Assembly: GCA_965218785.1 (NCBI GenBank)
Contig: OZ244650.1
Span: 256,001-320,000 of the forward strand
Length of the DNA: 64,000 bases
Reading direction: 5' to 3'
Origin: Nitrosopumilus sp.
GTDB taxonomy: Archaea; Thermoproteota; Nitrososphaeria; Nitrososphaerales; Nitrosopumilaceae
Shown here: positions 10,283 through 19,500 of the stretch, piece after piece
How positions within the stretch are numbered: the first letter of the stretch is position 1
Layout of the letters: each line of letters starts with the position of its first letter
Position numbers and translations under genes: made by a program
Notes under the pieces: generated by a model
Told to the model about the DNA's origin: nothing
The model's database searches: none
Seen by the model: the letters and a program-made list of their open reading frames with translations, nothing else

Positions 10283-10743
10283 GTATGCCTACATCAAGTC
10301 ATGCATATGGTATAGGAGTTCTCGCACTAATAGTTGGCATGTCTGCCGTACTGGTGTTTTACACCTCGTTTTATCTTCCCGAATCACTGGCAAAACCATT
10401 CGTGCCAGAATCCATCTTGAATCCTAAATCAGAATTAATCATTGAAATTGTTCCAGGTGCGGTGACTGAGGGAAATGATAGCTATGTTCCAAACTCCCCG
10501 AAGGCGATATTGGAAGATACCAACAAGGTAGTCTGGAAGAATAATGATGATACTGCCCATACTGTAACCCCGAATAAACCACATTCTGATAGTTATAGCG
10601 GCGAATTTGGTACCACCAGCGTTCTTAAACCAGGTGATACCTATGAATTTCTGTTTACCGTACCTCAGGAGTTTGGATACCACTGCACCCCACATCCATG
10701 GATGAAAGGTTCAATTATTGTTGAGAAAGGCAGGTTTCACTAG
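10279..10743 (+). CDS. Membrane-anchored blue-copper (plastocyanin-like) protein, proposed cytochrome c1 substitute
   Basis: N-terminal TM, AHTVT, type-1 copper motif CTPHPWM; ATGA overlap with cytochrome b. Confidence 0.9.
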   Translation: MSMPTSSHAYGIGVLALIVGMSAVLVFYTSFYLPESLAKPFVPESILNPKSELIIEIVPGAVTEGNDSYVPNSPKAILEDTNKVVWKNNDDTAHTVTPNKPHSDSYSGEFGTTSVLKPGDTYEFLFTVPQEFGYHCTPHPWMKGSIIVEKGRFH

Positions 10744-10795
10744 GACGATTTGCGAGCTAAAAATCATTCAAAAATAAAGTAGATGATTTAAGGTG

Positions 10796-10849
10796 GACAC
10801 GTAAATGTTCTTGGGATCAGTTTATCAAGTCAAAATTAGATCATCATGA
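10796..10849 (-). repeat. Left arm of ~55-bp inverted repeat (partner 16407-16463)
   Basis: 10796-10813 GACACGTAAATGTTCTTG is the exact reverse complement of 16446-16463; homology extends through ttttga.ttgataaa..gatc and tcatgat. Confidence 0.8.
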
Positions 10850-10878
10850 CTGGTTCAACTACTGTTGAGAAGAACAGT

Positions 10879-11232
10879 TCAAAAGGCAGAATATCTTGCA
10901 AAAATTATCTGGCTTTCAATCTCCTTGTGCTGCTCGATAATTGACGCTCTGAATTTTATTTCATGTTCCTGTTTTGGCTCAAATTCAATTAATGCAGTAA
11001 ACTCTGCCCTGTTTTCTGGCATTACATCCCTGCTGATAAATAATCTTGAGACATTCTGTGATATGTTCTTTCCATTGTATGATTTGTAGATTATGTGCTC
11101 ATTAGAATCCAAGATAAGAGTATTTATCACGACTCCATCATATCTTCCTGGATAAGAAACAGTGATTGTCCCCCTGATCTCCGAATCCGGATGAATATCT
11201 GTTGTGTCTAGTTTGAATTCGATGTCTTTCAT
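10879..11232 (-). CDS. Conserved hypothetical protein (beta-sandwich-like)
   Basis: 117-aa ORF with normal composition and an ATG start. Confidence 0.7.
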   Translation of the reverse strand: MKDIEFKLDTTDIHPDSEIRGTITVSYPGRYDGVVINTLILDSNEHIIYKSYNGKNISQNVSRLFISRDVMPENRAEFTALIEFEPKQEHEIKFRASIIEQHKEIESQIIFARYSAF

Positions 11233-11385
11233 AACATATCATCTTTTAATCAGAATAAATAATTTTGTTAGGCGTTCTTGATTGATACATACATGGTATT
11301 TCTTTAGTATGTCTGAAATTAGTATTACCTAATTTTCATACAATAGAATCATACGATAGTATAACAACTCTTAATACAAGACGAC

Positions 11386-14300
11386 ATGTTTTTTGTATAT
11401 ATGCGGTTGTTACTTTTGATTTTTGCCGTTGTATTCTCTTTTGTGATTGGCATGGACTATGCCAATGGAGCAAGCAGTGGCACTATCTCCCTTGATAGAT
11501 CAGAATATCCGATACCTTTTGGCACTCCAGATGACTTTGCTACAAATACCAGTAATTCTCCATCTGGCAGATCATTATTTCCGATTCACCCAGAGGGTTT
11601 GGATCTAACTGCCGGTTTTGGTATTGGTGAATATATTAACAACGGTGATCTAACTGTTCACATTAGAGTAAACGATCCGGATTTTAACATCAGCTCGTCT
11701 AGCGAAGATGCCCTTGCCCAAAATACTGTAGACGGCATAGGTCCAGTCAAGATCTCTGTTATCAGAGGCTCTGATGAGGTTGTACTCGGTTATGCCGGTG
11801 GTAGCTCAAGCAGCAACGGCTTGATTGACGTTGATGGTGATGATGCTATTACTGCCAGACAATTTGGTCCAATGACTGAAATTGCACGAGATGAAGGTAT
11901 CTTTGAATTTAGTCTTACAATCAGATTCACTGACGGTCCAGCATCTGATGTCTGTCCAACAAATGTTGTATATGAATCACTTAATGGTCAGAGAGGTGGT
12001 TCAGAATTAAACAGATTTGATGCAGCAAGTACGACAGGTGACTATTGTATCTTACAAGAAGATGTTCTCAAAGTCGAATACACAGATCCTGCTGATGCTT
12101 CCGGTAATACAAACACTGTTACTGATTCTGCAACCTTTGATCTGAAAGAAGGCGTACTGCAAACTGACAAAACCACATACGTTATCGGTTCCTATATGAT
12201 TCTAACCCTCATTGAGTTAGACTTTGATCTTGACAGTAACCGTGCAGAGAAATATGACTTGGACTTGATTGGCTGGGATTCTGATGCAGGAAATACTACC
12301 ATTGGTAACAGTGGTGTTGACGGTGATGATCCTTACCGTGATATATTCGATGCATACACATCAACCTTTAGAGAAACAGGTGAGAGCACCGGTATCTTCC
12401 AGAACACCATCAAAATTCCTTATGCACTAAACAATAACAGCCTTGGAAGAGGTGAAAGCATTATCTTAGAATATCTTGATTGGGGTCCACCCACAGCTGC
12501 TTATGTGGGTTATGATTATAATCCTGCAGATACTACAATCTTTACTTCAGACTTGGGAGCAACCGTAGAACTTGACCGACTAGTTTACACATGGACTGAC
12601 AAAGTCTACATTACCATAGAAGCACAAGATTACAACTTTGACCCCGAACTACTTGACTTGATCGGCGACGGATATGATGCTGATCCAATAAAGATCTCAA
12701 CTCGTAACCACGTTCTTAATAATTACCTGCTCGTTGAAACTGGAATCAATACAGGTCTCTTTACAGGTGAAGTGATCCTTACAGGATTTGCTGAGCATGA
12801 TGCAGACGGTGATGGCACTGATAATGACGCATCAGGTATTACACGCGGTAGGGGTTCAACAGATGGACTGCTAAGTGCTGAAGATGATGACGGACTCACA
12901 GTCTCCTTTGGATTTGCAGAGGATAGATTAGCCGTTGCTAGTGCAATTATCAGGTGGAATACAGGCGAGGTTCAATGGCTTGAATCAAGCCATCCTGCTA
13001 GCGGAACAGGTATTGTAAGAGTAATTGAGCCGGATCTGAATTTGGATCCGGACGCAATCGACACCCTTAATGTCAATGTGCGGTCAGACTCTAGTGTCCG
13101 GGGCATTGATCTTACCGTAACTGAGACTAACTGGTCAACTGCAATCTTCGAAGGCACTGTAAACTTTACAACTACCGGTGAATCATCTGGTACCACACTC
13201 AGAGTCACAGAAGGTGACACTATTACAGCAGAATATGAGGATCACACACTACCTGATCCATACACAACTGCAGACACACTTGGTATTACTGCCACTTCAC
13301 AAATCCAAGGAACAGCACCCACTACTACACAAAATGGGGTAACAGTGGAATTTGACCAACCAGTCTACACATGGACTGACAAAGTCGGCATTACCATAAC
13401 TGCTCCGGATTACAATTTGAATAGTAACGAAATTGATGAAATCGGCGGCAGTGGATCTGCTGCAGGTCAAATACAGATTGAAACCAACATCGCTGCTCTT
13501 AACAACTATAAACTCGTTGAAACCGGAACCAATACCGGCATCTTTTCTGGTAGCGTGTATCTTACAGGATTTGCCCCACATGATGCAGACGGTGATCGTG
13601 ATCCAAACGACGCATCAGGAACTACAAGCGGCAGCGGTCCAACTGACGGACTGCTAGCTGCAGATGGTGATGACGGACTTGAAATGACCTTTACGTTGGC
13701 AGACAATAGACATATCATCGCTAATGCAATCATCAGGTGGAATATCGGCGTGGTTCAATGGCTTGAGTCAGGCTATCCTGTTTACGGATCAGGTGTTATA
13801 AGAGTAATTGACTCTGATATGAACTTGAATCAAAATGCAGTCGACACCTTTGATATCGATGTGTGGTCTGACACTGATGCTGGAGGTATTGACCTTACTG
13901 TAACTGAGACTGATCTGGCAACCGGAATCTTCGAAGGCACTGCAAGATTTACAATTGACGACGATGGCTCTCCCTGGCTCAGAGTCGCAGAAGGTGACAC
14001 CGTCACCGCAGAATACGAGGACAATACACTACCTGAACCATATACAGTTAGCGATGACCTTGACATCACTGCCACCTCAATAATTGAAGTAACGTCATCA
14101 ACCCCAACTGATCCACCTCCACCCATCCTGCCAACACAGATTGGAGTGGTAATTACATCTGAGATAGCCCACGGCACCTCGACTAGTTCTGGTACCATCT
14201 CATATACTGTCACATTCGATGAGGGCATCACAGGATTTGATTCGTCTGATATATCCATCTCAGGAACATCCGATGCGTCAGACGCTGCAAACCTGCAGTG

Positions 14301-16185
14301 GACGGGAACTCAACACACCTTTGATGTAACTGCCACCACTGATGGTACCGTAATCGTATCGATTCCAGCAGCAGCTGTTACAGCTATCGGAAACAAGGAG
14401 AATGCCCAATCCAACGAATATTCAATAACAATTGATATGATGCCGCCCCTGGTCCAGTCTGCAGGGACCATATCTGGTAATGCTGCTGAGATAACCTTCT
14501 CAGAGCCGATTACCGGAACCGCAAGCAATTCTGACTTTACAGTATCAAACAATACAGTCTCTTCTGTCTCTGTTGCAGACAGCATCACAACCCTGACACT
14601 TGACAGTATGATCCTGTACGGTGATAGCATCACCGTATCATACACGGGTAATACCATCATGGATGCGGTAGGCAACATACTTGCCGCATTTACAGATAAA
14701 GTCATTACAAACAACATCGAAGAGCCTACCACGCCGTCTGTAATTATAACATCATCTACTGCAGGCAACGGCGAGACGACCGGTTATGGTACCATCTCAT
14801 ATACTGCCACCTTCAGCGAGGATGTCACAGGATTTGAAACATCTGATATTTACGCGTCCGGTGATGCCGGATTAAACACCCCGGCAGTTTCAAACTTTGC
14901 CGGATCAGGCACATCATATACCTTTGATATACAGGCAACATCTGATGGGAGCATCTCCGTTTTGATTCCACAAAACGCAGCAGACAGTGTTGCATCGATA
15001 GGAAGCACGGTCTCTGATACGTACACGGTAACAGTCAACACAACGGCACCGACTGTCTCATCGGTGAGTGCGACTAGCGGCGGTACCTACAAGGCAGGAG
15101 ATACGGTTCTAATTGCAGTGGAATTTAACCACTCTGTTACAGTCTCCGGTACACCGCATCTCAAGCTAGAGACTGGCGACAGGGATGCAGTAGCAAAATA
15201 TACTTCAGGCTCGCCTGGAACATCACTTGAATTCACACATGTCGTATCTGATGATGAAGAGACAGACGATCTGGATTATGCTGCGACTGACTCGCTTTCA
15301 TTAAACGGAGGTGCCATATCCTCTACTATCAATTCTGCCACATCTGCAATACTCAGTCTTCCACCTACGGGTTCAACACACGCGCTTGCATCCTCTGATA
15401 TCGTAATTGATACCATGGCTCCCCGCATCGTCTCCATTGAGACCACGTCTGACTCTGCAATCAGGATTACGGCATCCGAGCCACTTGCAGGAAACGCCAC
15501 AGCGTCTGATTATACCATATCCGGAATAACAGACAGCACCGTGTCTGATGTTGCCATATCTGGAAACAGCATAAATGTAAGAATAGATGGCAAGATTACA
15601 TCTGGCGATAAAGTCAAGATGTCCTATCTTGGCTCGTCTATAACTGATATTGCAGGAAACGCACTTGGCACGTTAGATGACCGCACAATTACAAACAACA
15701 TGGCATCAGATTCTCCGGCCTCTAATCCAAGGGAACCAGACAATAATGCGGTGAACACTTCAAAACAGTCAGACAACAGTCCGGTGAACACTCCAACACA
15801 GCCAGACAACAATGGTGCGGTGAACACTCCAACACAGCCAGACAACAGTCAGGTAAATACTCCAACACAGCCAGACAACAGTCCGGTAAATACTCCAACA
15901 CAGCCAGACAACAGTCCGGTAAATACTCCAACACAGCCAGATGGCAAATCAGCAGATCCAGAACCAACATGTGGTTCTGGCACATACCTACTTGACGGCA
16001 TATGCGTAGTTGGCAAACCTGATAATGTGAATCCGGATAATGTAGATCCGGCTACACCATCTGCACTGAATCCGGAACCCACATGTGATTCTGGCACGCA
16101 CCTACTTGACGGCATATGCGTAGTTGACAGTCAAGACGACATATTTTCAATTATTATCAACTTTTTTGCAAGAATGTTCGGCTAA
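11386..16185 (+). CDS. S-layer-derived surface protein fused to Ig-like/SwmB-type adhesin repeats (copy 1)
   Basis: Signal peptide; SlaA-like N-terminal ~900 aa with a duplicated YTWTDKV...EYED.TLP module; T/S-rich Ig-like repeats (FSEP...DA.GN; GTYKAGD..GTP.L.LETG); PT linker; two C.SGT.LLDGICVV motifs; amphipathic C-terminus. Confidence 0.85.
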   Translation: MFFVYMRLLLLIFAVVFSFVIGMDYANGASSGTISLDRSEYPIPFGTPDDFATNTSNSPSGRSLFPIHPEGLDLTAGFGIGEYINNGDLTVHIRVNDPDFNISSSSEDALAQNTVDGIGPVKISVIRGSDEVVLGYAGGSSSSNGLIDVDGDDAITARQFGPMTEIARDEGIFEFSLTIRFTDGPASDVCPTNVVYESLNGQRGGSELNRFDAASTTGDYCILQEDVLKVEYTDPADASGNTNTVTDSATFDLKEGVLQTDKTTYVIGSYMILTLIELDFDLDSNRAEKYDLDLIGWDSDAGNTTIGNSGVDGDDPYRDIFDAYTSTFRETGESTGIFQNTIKIPYALNNNSLGRGESIILEYLDWGPPTAAYVGYDYNPADTTIFTSDLGATVELDRLVYTWTDKVYITIEAQDYNFDPELLDLIGDGYDADPIKISTRNHVLNNYLLVETGINTGLFTGEVILTGFAEHDADGDGTDNDASGITRGRGSTDGLLSAEDDDGLTVSFGFAEDRLAVASAIIRWNTGEVQWLESSHPASGTGIVRVIEPDLNLDPDAIDTLNVNVRSDSSVRGIDLTVTETNWSTAIFEGTVNFTTTGESSGTTLRVTEGDTITAEYEDHTLPDPYTTADTLGITATSQIQGTAPTTTQNGVTVEFDQPVYTWTDKVGITITAPDYNLNSNEIDEIGGSGSAAGQIQIETNIAALNNYKLVETGTNTGIFSGSVYLTGFAPHDADGDRDPNDASGTTSGSGPTDGLLAADGDDGLEMTFTLADNRHIIANAIIRWNIGVVQWLESGYPVYGSGVIRVIDSDMNLNQNAVDTFDIDVWSDTDAGGIDLTVTETDLATGIFEGTARFTIDDDGSPWLRVAEGDTVTAEYEDNTLPEPYTVSDDLDITATSIIEVTSSTPTDPPPPILPTQIGVVITSEIAHGTSTSSGTISYTVTFDEGITGFDSSDISISGTSDASDAANLQWTGTQHTFDVTATTDGTVIVSIPAAAVTAIGNKENAQSNEYSITIDMMPPLVQSAGTISGNAAEITFSEPITGTASNSDFTVSNNTVSSVSVADSITTLTLDSMILYGDSITVSYTGNTIMDAVGNILAAFTDKVITNNIEEPTTPSVIITSSTAGNGETTGYGTISYTATFSEDVTGFETSDIYASGDAGLNTPAVSNFAGSGTSYTFDIQATSDGSISVLIPQNAADSVASIGSTVSDTYTVTVNTTAPTVSSVSATSGGTYKAGDTVLIAVEFNHSVTVSGTPHLKLETGDRDAVAKYTSGSPGTSLEFTHVVSDDEETDDLDYAATDSLSLNGGAISSTINSATSAILSLPPTGSTHALASSDIVIDTMAPRIVSIETTSDSAIRITASEPLAGNATASDYTISGITDSTVSDVAISGNSINVRIDGKITSGDKVKMSYLGSSITDIAGNALGTLDDRTITNNMASDSPASNPREPDNNAVNTSKQSDNSPVNTPTQPDNNGAVNTPTQPDNSQVNTPTQPDNSPVNTPTQPDNSPVNTPTQPDGKSADPEPTCGSGTYLLDGICVVGKPDNVNPDNVDPATPSALNPEPTCDSGTHLLDGICVVDSQDDIFSIIINFFARMFG
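15736..15936 (+). repeat. 33-bp coding tandem repeat (PDNSPVNTPTQ x6)
   Basis: Six units read directly; only two units at 20849-20917 in copy 2. Confidence 0.9.
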
Positions 16186-16369
16186 TCCCTTACTTATCGG
16201 GTTGATTACACATGTCACAGTTGTATGTCTGTAGTTGTTATACCACCCATCTACTTGGGAGCATATCCATGAATCCTACGTAGATAACTAAAGGGATTCC
16301 CAAACCATCTGAACACAAAGCCCGTCCCAAGACAGTATTTTCCTCTGTGAGTTGCATTTAGTTAGTGCT

Positions 16370-16389
16370 AAAACCCCCGAGGGTTTTTT
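16370..16389 (+). terminator. Hairpin plus T-tract between the duplicated units
   Basis: AAAACCC-CCGA-GGGTTTT followed by further Ts. Confidence 0.4.
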
Positions 16390-16406
16390 AAAAGAATAAT
16401 ATGGAA

Positions 16407-16463
16407 TCATGATCCTTGTAGTTTTTGATTTGATAAAATCGATCTCAAGAACATTTACGTGTC
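16407..16463 (+). repeat. Right arm of ~55-bp inverted repeat (partner 10796-10849)
   Basis: CAAGAACATTTACGTGTC at 16446-16463, ending 3 bp before duplication unit 2. Confidence 0.8.
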
Positions 16464-16505
16464 ACTAATCATACGATAGAACAACAACTCTTAATACAAG
16501 ACGAC

Positions 16506-19500
16506 ATGTTTTTTGTGTATATGCGGTTGTTACTTTTGACTTTTGCCGTTGTATTCTCTTTTGTGATCGGCATGGACTATGCCAATGGAGCAAACAGTGC
16601 CCGCATCTCCCTTGATAGATCAGAATATCCGATACCTTTTGGCACTCCGGATGACTTTGCTACAAATACCAGTAATTCCCCATCTGGCAGATCATTATTT
16701 CCGATTCACCCAGATGGTTTGGATCTAACTCCGGGTTTTGGTATTAGTGAATATATTAACAACGGTGATCTAACTGTTCACATTAGAGTAAACGATCGAG
16801 ACTTTGATGTCAGCTCATCTGATGAGGACGTCATGGCTCAAGATACAGCCACAGGTGTAGGTCCCGTCAAGATCTCCGTTATCAGAGGCTCTGATGAGGT
16901 TGTACTCGGTTATGCTGGCGGTATCACAAGCAACAACGGCTTGATTGACGTTGATGGTGATGATGCTATTACTGCCAGACAATTTGGTCCAATGACAGAA
17001 ATTGCACGAGATGAAGGTATCTTTGAATTTAATCTTACAATCAGATTCACTGACGGTCCGGCATCTGATGTCTGTCCGACAAATGTTGTATATGAACCAC
17101 TTAATGGTCGGACAGGTGGTTCAGAATTAAACAGATTTGATGCAGCAAGTACGGCAGGTGACTATTGTATATTACGGGGAGATATTCTCAAAGTCGAATA
17201 TACAGATCCTGCTGATGCTTCCGGTAATACAAACACTGTTACTGATTCTGCAACCTTTGATCTGAAAGAAGGCGTACTGCAAACTGACAAAGCCGTATAC
17301 GTTATCGGTTCCGATATGATTCTAACCCTCACTGAGCCAGACTTTGATCTTGACAATGACGGTGCAGAGACATATGATTTGGACTTGATTAAATGGGATT
17401 CTGATACAGCAACTACTACCATAGGCAACAGTGGCGGTCGTGATAATGCAGCAGCATTCGATCCAGAACCAACAGCGTTTAGGGAAACAGGTGACAGCAC
17501 TGGCATCTTCCAGGCTACCATCGAAATTCCTCAAGCACTAGGCAATGACAGCCTTGAAAGGGGCGAACTCATTATCTTAGAATATATTGATTGGAGTCCG
17601 CCCACAGCTGCTTATGTGGGTGGTGATTATAACTCTGTAAGTACTACAATCTTTACTTCAAACCTTGGTGCAACTGTTGAGCTTGACCAACGAATCTACA
17701 CATGGACTGACAAAGTCTACATTACCATAACCGCTCCAGATCACAACTTTCACGATGTTCTAGTTGACCGAATAGGTGACGGGGCAGATAATGATCCAAT
17801 AAAGATCTCAACCCGTAATCACGTTCTTAACTACTATAGACTCGTTGAAACCGGAACCGACACAGGCATCTTTTCTGGTAGCGTATCTCTTACAGGATTT
17901 GCATCACATGATGCAGACGGTGATGGCACTAATAATGATGTATCAGGTATTACACGCGGTGTCGGTCCAACTGATGGACTGCTAAGTGCTGAAGATGATG
18001 ACGGACTCACAGTCTCCTTTGAATTCGCAGAGAATGTATTAGCCGTTGCTAGTGCACTCATCAGGTGGAATACAGGCGAGGTTCAATGGCTTGAGTCAAG
18101 CCATCATGCTAGCGGAACAGGTGTTGTAAGAGTAACCGAATCGGATCTGAATTTGGATCCGGATGCAATCGACACCCTTAATGTCAATGTGCGGTCAGAC
18201 TCTAGTGTCCGTGGCATTGATCTTACCGTAACTGAGACTGATCAGGCGACCGGAATCTTCGAAGGCACTGTAAACTTTACAACTACCGGTGAATCATCTG
18301 GTACCACACTCAGAGTCACAGAAGGTGACACTATTACAGCAGAATATGAGGATCACACACTACCTGATCCATACACAACTGCAGACACACTTGGTATTAC
18401 TGCCACTTCACAAATCCAAGGAACTGCAACCACTACTATACAAAATGGGGTAACAGTGGAATTTGACCAGCCAGTCTACACGTGGACTGACAAAGTCGGC
18501 ATTACCATAACTGCTCCGGATTACAATTTGAATAGTAACCAAATTGATGAAATCGGCGGCGGCGGATCTGCTGCAGGTCAAATACAGATTGAAACCAATA
18601 TCGCTGCTCTTAACAACTATAAACTCGTTGAAACCGGAGCCGATACCGGCATCTTTTCTGGTAGCGTGTCTCTTACAGGATTTGCATCACATGATGCAGA
18701 CGGTGATGGCACTGGGGATGATGCATCAGGTATTACACGCGGTGTCGGTCCAACTGATGGACTGCTAAGTGCTGAAGATGATGACGACGGACTTGAAATA
18801 ACCTTCACATTGGCAGAAAATAGAAATATCACCGCTAATGCAATCATCAGGTGGAATATCGGCGTGGTTCAATGGCTTGAGTCAGGCTATCCTGTTTACG
18901 GATCAGGTGTTATAAGAGTAATTGACTCTGATATGAACTTGAATCAAAATGCAGTCGACACCTTTAATGTCGTTGTGTGGTCTGACACTGATGCTGGAGG
19001 TATTGACCTTACTGTAACTGAGACTGATCTGGCAACCGGAATCTTCGAAGGCACTGCAAGATTTACAATTGACGACGATGGCTCTCCCTGGCTCAGAGTC
19101 GCAGAAGGTGACACCGTCACCGCAGAATACAAGGATCATACATTACCTGTTCCATATACAGTTGGAGATGAACTTGACATCCATGCCACCACAATAATTG
19201 AAGAAACGTCATCAACTCCAACTGATTCTTCTCCACCGATCCTGCCACACAGATTGGAGTGGTAATTACATCTGACATAGCCCACGGTACCTCGACTAGT
19301 TCTGATACCATCTCATATACTGCCACATTTGATGAGGTCATTACAGGATTTGACTCGTCTGATATATCCATCTCAGGAACATCCGATACGTCAGGCGCTG
19401 CAAACCTGCATTGGACGGGAACCCGACACACCTTTTATGTAACTGCCACCAGTGATGGTACCGTAATCGTATCGATTCCAGCAGCAGCTGTCACAACTGC

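Noticed and set aside
10032-10427. Poly-His ORF overlapping cytochrome b
   Set aside because: Alternative-frame reading of the CCA poly-Pro tract in the cytochrome b tail.
15736-15936. CRISPR-like periodicity
   Set aside because: Contiguous in-frame coding repeat without unique spacers.
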